DNA of 64,000 bases, taken from positions 4,588,001-4,652,000 of the forward strand of contig JAQFVV010000009.1 in assembly GCA_028023455.1 (NCBI GenBank). The letters run 5' to 3'. Position numbers and translations under genes: made by a program. This document shows positions 11,298 through 24,675 of the stretch, in pieces. Below the pieces are notes generated by a model. That model searched no databases, was not told where the DNA came from, and saw nothing but the letters and a program-made list of their open reading frames with translations. The first letter of the stretch is position 1; the number at the start of each line of letters is the position of its first letter. This DNA comes from Epiperipatus broadwayi (taxonomy: Eukaryota; Animalia; Onychophora).

Positions 11298-13228
11298 CTA
11301 TTAAAAAAATAAAATAACATGTTATTAAAAATCTGGACTTACTTTATGATAATAAATCAATCTTGTATCTATGTACATGTAAAAGAATAGTAATAGATTT
11401 TTTTTAATGATAATCAATTACCAATATTTCATGACATTTTTTTGTGTGATGATAAATCACATAATCATCTGTCCATAGAAGCATAATATAAATACGCAAT
11501 CATAATTTTCACTGTTAATGAGAAACAATCAAAATTGCTCCAAAATAATAAATTTCATAGAAACGACAAATGTAAACAATTTGAATGATAAATAACATAT
11601 TACATACAAATTGTTCCACTTATTGCTATTGTACACATAAAAACTTTATTATGCCAACTAGCACTAAGAGTTTAGGTTTGAGAAAGTAGAATTTCAACTT
11701 TATGATATGTGGCAACACCATGACAAAAAACAAGCACAGTTGGTGAAAAACAGATATTGATAATATGATCATTATCAATGTTTTGTCAAAAGATTAAATC
11801 CAGATATCAACCTAGAATTACTTCTCTAATGTTGCTATCACTTACTCAGTTCTTAATTAGTTCACAATTACATTATTTCATGCAGTTATCTTTCATTATC
11901 TGCAAAAATCCAATCTATCTTGTAATCACATAAGATTCATTTAATACATAATCTAGTTTGTTTTTTAGACTTTTTTTTTTTTTTAAAAAATCTATTTCTC
12001 ATTACTTTGAATGTCTTTATATTGAAATAAATTCACGTAAATATAATGTTTTATTAGTTTTTAATTGGAAGAAATACATCAAGTAAATAATATGTTAGTT
12101 TCTGATTCTTTTTGAACCACTACTAAAATTCGTATTTAAAATACATAGTTCCGATTTGTCATATGCTTTGTAGACAGTCTACAAAGCATATTTTATAATA
12201 CTTAAACACTAGCATTTATTAAAATATATGGATAGTTATAATATTTTCATTCTACATTTGTCTGCATCTAGAATGTCAATTAAAGTATATTAGGTATACA
12301 ACAAAGTACATCTTGATATTTACTATGCAATCTTATTAACAGACTTAAATTAAAACCATAAACAAAAAGAATATTTATAAAAGCAGACAACATTATAATT
12401 TATTACTGAAAAAAAAAAGCATATCTTAATGAAAAAAAAATATTGGGTTCTGTATCTGAAGAATTGATACCTTCCCCTACTATCATATTGTTTTCACAGT
12501 TAGTGCATGGACCTCATATGTCCAACCCCTTATTAACTTGAGATTTTTATTCATTTATAATCAATAATGACTGGTTAGCTAGGTTTTCTTATGACTAGAA
12601 AAAAATTTCATGGCCCACCTAATAAGACTCAAATCTAATTCATGGTAGGCAAAATACATTAATTACTATATCTAACATCATTAGAATAAAATTAACTTTT
12701 TAGATATTGAATTTATTTAAAAAGTAAAAAAATGTAATAACTGAAGATAAATATATTAAATTAAATATTTTCATGAATTAATTAAGATGTAAACAAATGA
12801 ATGTGGGTAATTAACTAGAGAAATATTTTACAATAATATTGCTAGATAACAACCAATTAAAATTCATAACTCCAAACAAAACCACTTGTTTTAGTTGCCA
12901 ATAGTAGCTTTTGGTCAGTTTACTTAGATACAAAAGAAAATCACTTTTTATCTCTCAAAGCCCAAAGCCTTACATGAAAAATAAACTCAGACATTTTTAT
13001 AAATATGAGGGCTTTAATGAATCACATTTTTTCTGAAATGTTGAAAATAACAAATCCTCTCCCCTTAAAAAACTAATATTATAAAATCATAGCTTCATTG
13101 GATTGAATATGTGAAATGTATGAAGAATATAATATCTCCTAAAAGAATAAATATAGCTTTACTTCTCACTATATGTAAAATATATAATTGTTAATTAGAG
13201 AAGATATTAATTAGTATTAAAGTTTATC

Positions 13229-13560
13229 GGCTTAACGTTTTCGAGGATCCATGCCTCATATTCATAGCCTTCATAAAATGTATAATAAAATATGCAAATA
13301 CAAATATTCAAATAAGCTAGTATTACATAGCCCATTTCTTCGAGATCTCAAAGCAAGTATCCTTTCTATTAATGGCATGGATGTTTCCATTGATGTAAAA
13401 TGCCTCCTTTATTTTTCTTTTGTGATCATTTGATTCTGAGCACAATATTATGGGATTGGCGGGTGTGAAGTTGTGTCCAGATTTTAATAGTAAACATGAA
13501 CATGATTTCATAAGAAAAACACATCCTCTTTATATTACAAAGTTTATGTCAAAGATATTC
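13229..13560 (-). mobile_element. 3' fragment of a related PLE (GIY-YIG C-terminus) with variant hammerhead copy C (13229-13269)
   Basis: GHNFTPANPIILCSESNDHKRKIKEAFYINGNIHAINRKDTCFEISKKW resembles the 1611-3989 C-terminus; GGCT-ATGAATA-T-GAGG/CCTC-GAA-AACGTT-A-AGCC. Confidence 0.85.
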
Positions 13561-13890
13561 TACCGAAATGCAATGATGACTGTTTTCATATAAAAGATAT
13601 GACAAAAGTTGGACTATATTGAAAAGCTACAATTAGAAATAATATTGAAATATTTTAAAAAGAAAAGTTTGCTGCAAAAAAAAATTAAAAGACATCATCA
13701 CAAAATATCAAATAAATAGAATGGATCACTGTGGTCTTACTATCTTTTTCTTCTCTTGAGTTGGAATGATTACACTTGTTTGCAAATGACTGCAGGTGAT
13801 ATTGATGATAACATTATATAAATAAATAAATAAAATTATTGATAACATTAATAATAAAAATAAAAACTAAATAAAAAAATGCATGAAATA

Positions 13891-13970
13891 GGCGGCGGCA
13901 GTGACGACGATGACAACAACAACAGCAGCAGCAACAACGAGAACGATGATGATGATGATAATAATAATAT
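13891..13970 (+). repeat. Compound trinucleotide simple repeat (GGC/GAC/AAC/AGC/GAT/AAT)
   Basis: Directly visible run of successive triplet types. Confidence 0.7.
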
Positions 13971-14289
13971 TAAACAATACATGCAATAACCTATCTACAA
14001 AAAATTGGAGAAATATGCAAAATAAAATATGAAAAGGGTATTATGATAAATTTAAATACACATTAGGACAACAACAAAAAAAAAATCTATAAAATATATT
14101 AAGATAGCATGCATTAGATAAAAAAAAAACCCAATCACTTGTAAATATATATATATAAACAACTTAAAAATAATATAAAAATAGATAATATAACAAAATA
14201 AAGAGGAGAGAAAAAACATTCTAATAATTAAAAAAATGAAATCAAAAATAAAAATAATTAGAAACTAAAATTTAAAAAATAAAATAAAA

Positions 14290-15620
14290 TTAATCCTCAC
14301 TATCATCAGTCTCGATTTCTCTATATCAACCAAAAACCTAATTTGAACAAAATCTATCAATATCTTCAATACTATGGAAAATTAATTTTTTTTCAGTCAA
14401 TATCTCATCAATGAAAGAATTTTAGCATTCCTAGCAATATAGATGACACTATGATTATTAATAACAGTACAACAAATTGATTCCTTAAGAAATGTTCTGA
14501 TATGGTTAACTACTGCTTGTCTCAACAAGTTATCAGCTGAAAAATCTCTTCTCTCAATCTCCTTGGGTTTATCTATGAAATTCTGTGCATCTTGATATGC
14601 ACCTCTTCCACAAAAATAAGTTCAATGATCAATGAAATTGTGTAGCACAAATTTCTTCCTTAAACTTACTCTCAAGCCACAAAAAATTCACCAGACTACA
14701 AAGATTAAAATTAATGAAATTGTTATATTGGTATTTACTCTCTCTGATGCAAAACTGAATGCAATACAATCAAACAAATGAACAGACCTATCTCTGAGAT
14801 GGTGTTATTAAACAGATTTACAATCTTAAGAATTTCATTTCACTTGAAAGATGAATGATGAACCCTAAATCTTTTGCATAAGATGAACTAGATTGTTTAT
14901 GAGACATATGCACCTTGTCAATCTAACCTCAGCATACAAGATAATTTGACTTAGGACATAACTATTAGATAAGTTAATGATAGCAATCAATGTGACTGGT
15001 ATAAAATATAGCAATTTTAAGATTTAGTTTAATATATAAACATAGAGTGTAAGTCCTCTAGCAAATTTATAAAAGTGAAGTATGCTATTCAAATTATTTC
15101 TCATAAATATTAGAATTAAAATAGTTTATAAATGTTTTCCTATGGGAACATTAACAACAAAAGATTCTGGTCGTTTTAATAAGACATGCATACTCTGCTG
15201 TAATTAGGATGAAACCTTAATACACATAATGAATTCATGCTTTTTTTTTTTTTTGGTAACTTAAAGATCATGTTGATTCCTTCTAAGCAAAGCTTTAGCT
15301 ACAATTAAAAATCATCCTTTAATTTCACAAATGGTCTTCTTTTATACTTTATACAATGTCTACAAAATGTGTGAAAATCTAAGCTTTTCATACTTGGACA
15401 TCCCAATAGTGCCAAATCATTTTTAAGCTTATCGAACTTCTACAATCACTGAGGAAGTATGTACTTCAGTAATCGCAAGAATGCATCTCTAATACTCAAT
15501 TAAGAACCTTGAGGATATCTTTCATGCCAAGATATCAAATTCTTAAAATCAAGTTAGCAAACCCAAAGGTAAAATTCTGTCTCATCATCAGCAGATAAGT
15601 TCTAAGATTATTACATTTTC
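14290..15620 (-). mobile_element. Highly decayed non-LTR retrotransposon fragment (RTE-like)
   Basis: Scattered LINE-like peptide remnants on the minus strand and no long ORF; borders approximate. Confidence 0.4.
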
Positions 15621-18194
15621 CAAGAGTGATGGTAATGTCTCATGATATACAATAACATAGTAGTGTGTGTGTGTTTATATATATAGAGTTGAAAGAAAAA
15701 GTAGAAATGAACACAAACAAAATTTCTTATATATTGTACTGGGTCCATCTGAATAAAATTTTATTGCTACTAGTTTTAAATATCTTCGAATAAACCTTTT
15801 TCTTGCTGGGTCTAAATACCTTTTAATATTCACTAGGTTTAATAAGTTTTTATATCTTAACTTTTAACTAAGTTTTAATATCTTGCTTTTAATTAAGTTT
15901 TAATATCTAAACTTTAATAGTTTCATTACATATCTCTCTGGGTAATTATTATTTTATATTTTCAATATTAACATTATTTATTAGACAATATCTTTATAAC
16001 TACTTCTAAAATAACTTTTTGGACAACGTTGACTGCACTTTAGCAGCACTTGATACATTAGTATTTTATTATTATCAGAACAAGCTTAATTTATTTCTAC
16101 TAAGCTGACTTTATCTTTTTATAACTTTACTTACTATATTTTTTATATCTTTTAACATCTTGGCTTTAATAATTTTTAATATTTAAACTTTAATATCTCT
16201 CTTTAATATCTCTAGACTTTAACTAAGCTTATTATCAAGCTCTTAACATTTAATATATAACTTTGTGGGTAATTATTATTTTATTTCATTTATATTATGG
16301 GAAAGGACTGATCCTTGAAGCAGAGGGGAGAATACCATTGATAGCATGACCATCAACAATATCGACAGCCAGATCGGGCTATACAAAGCATAATATGACA
16401 CGTTTCCTGACCGCAGCCCACCTCGACTGCTGGAATAAAACGACCTACCATCCAAAGCATTTTAATTTTTTTTGAGGAACAAACTCAGGCACCAGCCAGC
16501 CATATGTTATAACCAGCATGCCTGGATGACAGGCACACAGTCCAGTGCTTGAAATATCCCAAGCTAGCTCCTAGTCTTAATCAGGGGGTCTAGCATCTTA
16601 ACTTAACACAGATAAACATTTGTCTTTAAATAATTGGTGATGCAGTGATAAGAGAGAGAATAGACCAAATAATAATTAAGCAAACATTAATATTTATTCA
16701 TGCACAGATATATCTAACATAATATAAAATAACAATAAAATTATAAATGATTAGCTCAGGCTAAATTTATATAGATTTTCTTTAGAATTCATTTCATTTA
16801 AAAAAAATATCAAGTGTCTATAGACAGTGATCAAAATATATTTACCTAGGCTTTCATGAATTGAGATGACACAGTTCATTTAGTTTTGGTTTGCATCAGT
16901 GTTATTTCCAACCGGTTGGTTTTTTGGTCTCCATCAATGGTTTCAGGGCTTGTCTTCCATTCTGAGATTCGACAATGAGAGAGAGTAGCAGCATCTATTT
17001 CATGACTTAAGCATTGGTACCAGGTGTTGGTTCCAGGCATGAACAATTTTAGCAGAAGACTTTGTGGCCTGAAGCCCAGTCGAACACTTCTAAGGTGGTC
17101 TAGCAATGCATGTTGCTAGTTTTGCGGCTTCTGCAATATTTTCCACAGCAGTAGTGACTGGCTCTATTTTGTCCTTAGATTTCTCAATCAATAATATGAA
17201 GACTGGAATGATCTAACAGATTCACGAGTGGAATAAATAGACAGTTGTGATTTTTATATCCTTCTCTCCCATTGTTCTTTTCCTTACCATAACTTTAGCT
17301 TTTATTATACTTTAAATTTATTTTTTTAATTAAATTTTACATTTTCTTTAATCTAATTGATTTTTACATTTTTCATTAATCTTTTTTCTAGATTAATCTA
17401 CTATCTCTTCGCATTTACCGAATACATAGCTTACAGTTTTTAATTATTACCATTATTGGTTTTGATTTTATTATCAATCAGCCATCTTTACTGGCATTCA
17501 AAAAGTTTTCTTATACTGATTAATTAATTAATCATTTTTATTTTAAACTTTTCACTAACACTTATTTTTATACATTTTACTCTTTTAATTTCTTTAAAAA
17601 GGAGTTTTAAATCTTTTTCTATTTTAGATTTCCCCCACCCACTCTCAGTACTAAAATTTTATTCTATTTTAAAAAAAAAACAATATAACACAATCTTTTT
17701 GTTTTACAAAACTGTGTTTTTTTTTTAAAAATCTACTTAACTAATTATTTCTTCAATTATTCTTTTCTTTCTTATTAAATTTGATCATATATTTTGAATT
17801 ATAAATCATGTAATGCAGATATATGTAGGTTTTACACCATATATCTCTAACTAACATTGCACTATATTTAAAATATATGCACTGGAATAACAGATTAATG
17901 GTTGAAAATAAATTTGATATTTAAAATTGGTGCAATGTGGAGCATTAGACCTGCTGCACCTTTTCACATTCATATTAATCCACTGATAACTTTGTAATCT
18001 TGTGATCTGATCAAAATAACATGTACATGGATCTTATACACGTTATTTTCTGCAAGATTTGCAAAAAAGTAATGTGTAATGTGCTCCATGTTGCAGGACT
18101 AAAAATAGCACTTTCACACAACTAAAAGTATAAAATATGGAGCGAAATTTAAATTTATAACAATAATAAATATATATAAATTTGAGCAAGAAAT

Positions 18195-18390
18195 CGATAT
18201 TAAAAAGAACCTTTTAAAAAAAAATTGATTTGTCATACACAAATATATATGACTTTCACATGAAAAACTTTAAAATGTATAATAACTCTAAATCAATATT
18301 AAAAAGAACATTTTAAAAATATTGATTTGCCATACAGAAATATATACGACTTTCATACTGTAAAATTTATAACAACACTAAAGATATGAA
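18195..18390. repeat. Degenerate ~95-bp tandem repeat
   Basis: atattaaaaagaac..attgatttg(t/c)catac..gactttca occurs twice. Confidence 0.65.
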
Positions 18391-18858
18391 TTTCACAAAA
18401 AAAAAAGCCGATCTTAAAAAGTAAATTTTCTCAGCCCAAAAATATGTAAAATACGAAACACCATTACTCTAGTACCAAAATGTGACTTTAAATACAGACA
18501 AAACAATCACTAAATTATTACTTTTTTAAATATTATTTACAAAAACATAAAATATACACATACGTTACTTACTGTCTAATATATAACAGGAATTTTCGCG
18601 TTGAAACAAGCAATTTGGCATTTACATTTTTGACACAAAATGGAGAGATTTTAACTGAAAAATTTCCCCCCAAAATGGAGTTTTACTGAACACGTGATTG
18701 CGCATCATATTGACTGAACAGGATTTTCCACAAATAACACCCACGCAATAAATAAAGACTCACGCATTGCATTATCATGCAAGTGGTATATTGTAAATTC
18801 ACAAATTTCCATATTAATTAACCCATAAGTTCTCTCTTCTACATACCTATATCTTAGT

Positions 18859-18897
18859 GCTATGAATATGACCAGCTGGTCAAAAGCAGTGCTAAGC
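18859..18897 (+). ncRNA. Variant hammerhead copy D (orphan; G12 to A)
   Basis: GCT-ATGAATA-T-GACC/GGTC-AAA-AGCAGTGCT-A-AGC; the G12A change fits CpG decay. Confidence 0.55.
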
Positions 18898-20114
18898 TGT
18901 AAATCTGTAAAGGAATTATAATTTTATAATCTTTCCTGCATAGTGTACCTTCCCTTTCTATTGAATTAAAAAAAGTTTATATTTTCAATTTTATTTTTCA
19001 CTTTTTTTTTAAACTTATTTTAGCATCAAAAATGCATAGATACTGTATAACAGAAAGATTGGCAATGGAAATCATGTAAATAAAATGTATTTGAAACCTA
19101 CAACATCCAAATTTTATATTTAAAATATTCTGAAAAATATATTATATATATAGTAAGTAATTTCACATAATATTTCCAAAATACTAATACAAATCTTCGG
19201 TTCATAAATTATAAAAATGATAAAACTTAGTAAGAAGATTGCACTATATTGGAGGAGGAATTTTTAATACTGTAGTTTATGCTAAGACTCTTGTAATGTA
19301 AATGTTATTAATCCAATAAAAAGTTTATTTCAATTTTTTTTATGTAATTGAAAAAACTTATAACTTTTATGGTTATGATGCATTAAAGCATGTCTTCTTT
19401 GAATGAATATGTTTATATTATTATCTTATTTAAAGTGTTTTTCCAAAGCATTATCATTTTCAACTACTATCGATTCATTGCAGGATAAAGGTCTCTCCAA
19501 ATTTAATCCAGTTATTCAAATCCTAACCTCTCTTTTCCATAATACACCAGCAAACCTTTATTTCAGCCATTCAAATTATATTCGATCTTTTTCTAGGTTT
19601 TTTTACAATCTCTTGGGATCCAGTTTAGATTTTAAATGTCCCTCTATTATCATCACTCCTAGCATATCAAATCCTGTTATATTTTCAATCTCTTCTTTCT
19701 ATTCCTAAAATACATCTCTCTCCATATTTCATTGAATGGTCTGGAATCTCAGAATTGCTCTTCTGTTAAGTGTTCAAGTTTCAGATCCATAAGTAAGAAA
19801 TGGTAAAATATATCTATTTAAATTTTTTCTTTTCAAACACATAGGCATATTTTATTTTAATATTAAGTTATTATACCAAAAGTATTCCATCCAAGTTAAA
19901 GTCTATGATTAATTGGAATCTATTATGAATTCAGCTGTAATAATAATCTGATCTAGGCATTTGTTAATTTTTCCTAATTCATCAATATCAATCTTTATTT
20001 TCTTCTTCTGAAAAATCCATTAAACAAAAACTTTAATCTTTTTGGCATTTATCTTTAGTTGTGCTTTCTTGCTTTCATCTGATAATTCTTGCAACAGTTC
20101 TTGAAGCTCTAGAA

Positions 20115-21651
20115 CAGCGTTTCCCAACCTGTGGTACGCGTACCACTGGTGGTACGCGAGTTGCTGGTCGGTGGTACACGAAAAATAATCAATAATGGCG
20201 GACATAAAAAATAAAAAAAATTAAATCATAAAAATATCATAGAAACGTTTTTTCCTATAATTTATAAAAATTATTTTAATGAATAATATTATACAGTAAA
20301 GTTGTTAATATATACAGTCGATGATCGAAAATCCAGCAATTGATATCGGTTTTTTTTTTGGAGTGCACTTTTAAATTTAGCCGTTAGCCATCAGTAACTT
20401 GAGATGTCGCCGCCACTGTTGTCATAGTGCTGCACTCTCATTCACTTCACCGCATGGCTTACAAGTGACAGGTTATTGTTTGTGATTGTATTGTCTTTGT
20501 TTATTAAAATTCATTGATCCCTATATAACCTGCTTATTCGAACTTAGACAAGAAGCACAGGGTTTTTTTTTAAGACAATCCTTTTGATCTCTCTTCGAAA
20601 TAGTATGATTTTGATTGGCTTCAGGTGCTTGCATATTTATCTGATATTTTTTGCAAATAAATGAACTTAAATTTGACACTTCAGAATAACTCGATAACGA
20701 TCTTTAATGTTAATGATAAAATTGAAAGTATGATTAAGAAATTAGATTTTTGGAAACAGTGTATTGAAAACAATCAACCGGAAAAATTCGAAACTCTACA
20801 TATTTTTTTGTTTGAAAATAAGGTTAGTCTGTCTCAAGATATATAGAAAATATAATAGCACATTTAACAGGATTAAAATTGTCTTTCATGGAATATTTTC
20901 CAAAACCCGAAAACACAAATGATAAGTGGATTTCAAACCCCTTCTATGAAGAAAATTTAGAAAAAGCTACATCATTATCAATAAAAGAGAAAGAAAATTT
21001 AATAGAATTATCGACACAATCTAATTAATTTTGGTTAAACACTAAAGAATATGAACAGTTTTCTGAGAAAGCTCTTAAATTATTATTACCATTTACTAGT
21101 ATGGAATTAGTAGAAAGAGCTTTTTCTTCATATATTTTTTTTTAAAAAAAGTATTGAAACAGATTGAATGCAGCTGTAGACTTAAGGGTATATCTTCGAT
21201 CTTCTGAACCAAATTTCAAAAAATTATGTTCTTCGAAACAAGCACAAGGATCTCATTAAATTTATTTTATAAAAACATTTGATTATGATAAAAAAATATA
21301 TTAATTGGGTTTTTATAATTTTGTGTTTTTATTAAAACCATTTATTAGTAAATGAAATATGACAAAATAGTAGATAAATATGATACTTTGAACAAACACA
21401 TACATATATGTTACAGTGAGTTTATAATTTCAGTGAGTTTATAATCCAGCATGACGTTTAGGCATTTACAATGTAATTTGTCTCATTATGTGATGTGAAT
21501 ACATGGTTACCCTATAATATGTATAATGCAAATAAAATAGCACACTCGCAATAATAAATTTCACAAAATACAATCATTTTTACGAAGTGGTACAATTTAG
21601 CATGATATACTACCAAGTGGTACGTGAGCCAAAAAAGGTTGGGAAACGCTG
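20115..21651 (+). mobile_element. Buster/Charlie-type hAT transposon, internally deleted, with a transposase C-terminal remnant
   Basis: TIR cagcgtttcccaacc / ggttgggaaacgctg; perfect 8-bp TSD ctctagaa (20107-20114, 21652-21659) with central TA; peptide LNLTLQNNSITIFNVNDKIESMIKKLDFWK. Confidence 0.93.
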
Positions 21652-23744
21652 CTCTAGAACATTATTTTCAAATACAATGATATCAACCGCAAAATCTAGA
21701 TGACTTAAATAATCTTCAGTTGCTTTTATTTTCTTAACTTCCCATTTTAATTCACAAAATACTTGTAAAACTGTAATTAAAAGTTTTGGAGATGGAAATA
21801 CCCTATCATATACCCTTCTCAATGTTAATATTCCTAGAATTAATCATGTAATCTAATTGCTGTTATTACATTTTGATGAATTTTCTTCAGAATATGATAA
21901 TATCAGAGGTTTATATTTTAATGATTTAAAACTTTAATCACTATGGAAATGTTTAGAGAATTAAATGTCTTCCATAATTTGAAAATCCATAGCACAACAG
22001 CAACTTATATTCACTGGTCCTTTCTAGAACTTTTTTCAATATGTAGACATAATCCACTGTGCTAAAACCACTTTTAACTTTTTTAACTTTAGTTTGTTCT
22101 TTTGGTTGACTAGAATCCAAAGTTTGTTATAGATGATTTGTATTAATCTTAGTAAAAATTTTGTATAAAATTAATAAAAAATTAATAGAAGATTGATAAG
22201 TCTGTAATTTCTAATATTTTCTTCATTGCCCTTCTTAAATATCAAAATTAGTGTATTCTTCCAGTCATCTTTACTACTTAGATATTTAGTATATACTTTT
22301 GCCAATAATATTTTTTATTTCTTTATCTGGTTTTTTTAAAATATCAATAATAATTCCATCATTTCCTGAAACTTTTTTCTTCTTTATAGATTAAATTGCA
22401 TTTCTAACTTCTTTAATTAAAATGTTGGGCAATTTAGAAAATGTAATAACTACAGGAGATACTTTGTTTTCTTACTGTTTAATACTATATAATTCTTAAT
22501 AGAACTCTTTCACACATTTCATGACATCATCTCTCTTTCTATTAATCATCAACTTCAACCATTATCAATCCACTGCACAATGAAGGTCTCTCTAAGTTTA
22601 ATCCATCTTCTCTGATCTTATTGCTGAAATAACTTTCCTTCTAATACCAAGATTTGATTTATACTTTTAAGACTTTTAATCTCTTCTACAACTTTCCTTG
22701 CTAATTCACAATTACATTTTCTTATATTATTATTAACTTTTTTTTCATACCATTTTACAAAACTCTAGATATTTTTCTTAATGGATTATTTTTAAAAAGT
22801 TTCATATTTCTTCATGTATTCTGTTGCCTCAATAGAAAGATTATTGGTAAATTGCTGGTTTTTTGTACAAGCTATCTTACTTATAGTTCTTAATAGAATA
22901 TCAATAATCTTATTGATTTCAGACAAGTTGAACCATTGTCAATAAAACAATTTCCAAGTTCTAATTTAAATTCACTGAATGATTTCTGAACTGTTTTCTT
23001 AGTAGTTTTTGTCTCTCTAGGTTTGTATTAACATATATCTTACATCTCACTAATCAAGGTTCACTTTCTGAATTGAATCTTTTGAGAATATTACAATCTT
23101 GACATATATATTTATTGTTAATAAAAATATAATCCAATTTTGCTATAATTTCGTTTGGATATTTCCATGCAAATTTTCATCTATCATTTTTCTCATTAAA
23201 TATTTTATAATATACAGTTTTTCTTTTTCTGCTACATTCACAAATCTGTATCCTCTTTCATTTCTATCACCATTATTAAATTTACCTACAGCATTTTCAT
23301 CTTTATTCGTTTACCAATCCTAGAAATAAGGTCTTTCATGACAATTTTTAAATGTTATTTGGTCTGATCAAAAGATTTTGTACATCTATATAAAAATTCT
23401 CTACTTGTTCATCACAATTAGAATTTGTTGGGGGATAATGTGAATTGTCTGCATTTGGCATTTTCCATTAATTTGAATAACTAATCTTGTTACTTTGTCT
23501 AATATGCTAACAATCTCCACAATATTGCTTACATACTTTTTATTTATAATGAATCACATTCTACTTATTTATGCTCTTAATAGTAAAATGTATGTCCACT
23601 TTTCTTCTAACTTCATAAAATCCAACAATATTCCATTTAATATTAGACACTTCTTCTTATTCATGCAATCTTCCTCCTTCACTTTTACGTGATCTGCAGT
23701 TTTAGATATTTAAATAGAAAGTTTGTCATTGAATGGCAGCCTAC

Positions 23745-23808
23745 AAAGCAATTAAGGATTCTCTGCTTACAGACACTAGCCATTGCCTTGGCTGGCAACT
23801 TTATAGCC
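23745..23808 (-). ncRNA. Candidate decayed HDV-like ribozyme at the RTE 5' end
   Basis: P1 GGCTAT/ATGGCT (G-U first pair), P2 AAAGT/GCTTT, P3 TGC/GCA, P4 TCTG/CAGA; P1.1 not intact. Confidence 0.4.
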
Positions 23809-24318
23809 TTCTGGGAATAAGAGCTATAATTTAGTTTTGTTTATTATGATTACAGACATCTATAAAAAAAAATTAAAAAATATTATTCACACATACATGC
23901 ATTAGTCCTTCAATAAAACACAACTGATATTTCAGTTAATCAACTATCAGACAACTAAAAGTGTTTCTTGATCTTAAACTCAAAGGTAAAAAGTCAATAA
24001 AATCACCATGTAGCTGCAATGACAAGTAGTCATTAGGAATTTACTTTGTTTGGTTCTTCTAATGCCTCTAAGAGAAATCAAAGGGTTTCCTTTTATTTAA
24101 CAATAAATTTCTTTATCCTATGCCACTTTAATTTTAACTTCTCACTATTATTCTGTTAAAATTAACCTGCACTTTTTTTACTTGTCTTGTAAGCCAATTT
24201 ATAGTATTCATAATATATATTATGAAAGAGTGAATTAAAGTGTTTCAACTTTATATAAATAAGGAACTATTTGTATAAATGTGAGTGAGGAAGCTGTCAT
24301 AACAAAGTAAAAAATTAC

Positions 24319-24458
24319 CTTTCAGAATATAGCTGGCTAAATGTCCAAACAAGTTTCACTGCAACTTGTCTCACTCCTTCATAATCATCTGTTAAGGCTT
24401 TGCAAACTTGTTCGTATAAATTACTTTCTAGTTGATAACCACGACTATGAAATTTTAA
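24319..24458 (-). CDS. INTS4: Integrator complex subunit 4, coding exon 4
   Basis: LKFHSRGYQLESNLYEQVCKALTDDYEGVRQVAVKLVWTFSQLYSE resembles INTS4 LLSDDYEQVRSAAVQLIWVVSQLYPE; ttttag / gtaatt borders. Confidence 0.93.
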
Positions 24459-24525
24459 CTAAAACATATAATATCAATTATTTTCATGCAAAAGAATAAC
24501 AATAAAATAATATTACAGAACTTAC

Positions 24526-24675
24526 TAAAGCTTCTAATGCAGCCATTCTGACCCGAGCATCCTGATCTTGGCTAAAATCAGAAAGAATCTTTTGACTTCG
24601 CTCAGGCTGCTGTTCCATGACACTAATCAGGTGTAAGCACTGACATTTCACCAGGTAATTGGGATGAGTCAAATG
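24526..24675 (-). CDS. INTS4: Integrator complex subunit 4, coding exon 3
   Basis: HLTHPNYLVKCQCLHLISVMEQQPERSQKILSDFSQDQDARVRMAALEAL (HEAT repeat, INTS4 DQDPRVR motif); followed by a 67-nt GT-AG intron. Confidence 0.93.

Larger units (their letters stand above)
19420..23830 (-). mobile_element. Decayed RTE-clade LINE (APE endonuclease plus RT), split by a hAT insertion
   Basis: Endonuclease start IKWNIVGFYEVRRK near 23600; RT YLSHLDFAVDIIVFENNVLE continues across the hAT as LQELLQELSDESKKAQLKINAKK; borders approximate. Confidence 0.85.

Noticed and set aside
15780-17260. ttttaatatct-rich low-complexity tract and adjacent GC-richer segments, including ORF 16876-17106
   Set aside because: Probably transposon-derived, but I could not find termini or protein motifs to support a call.
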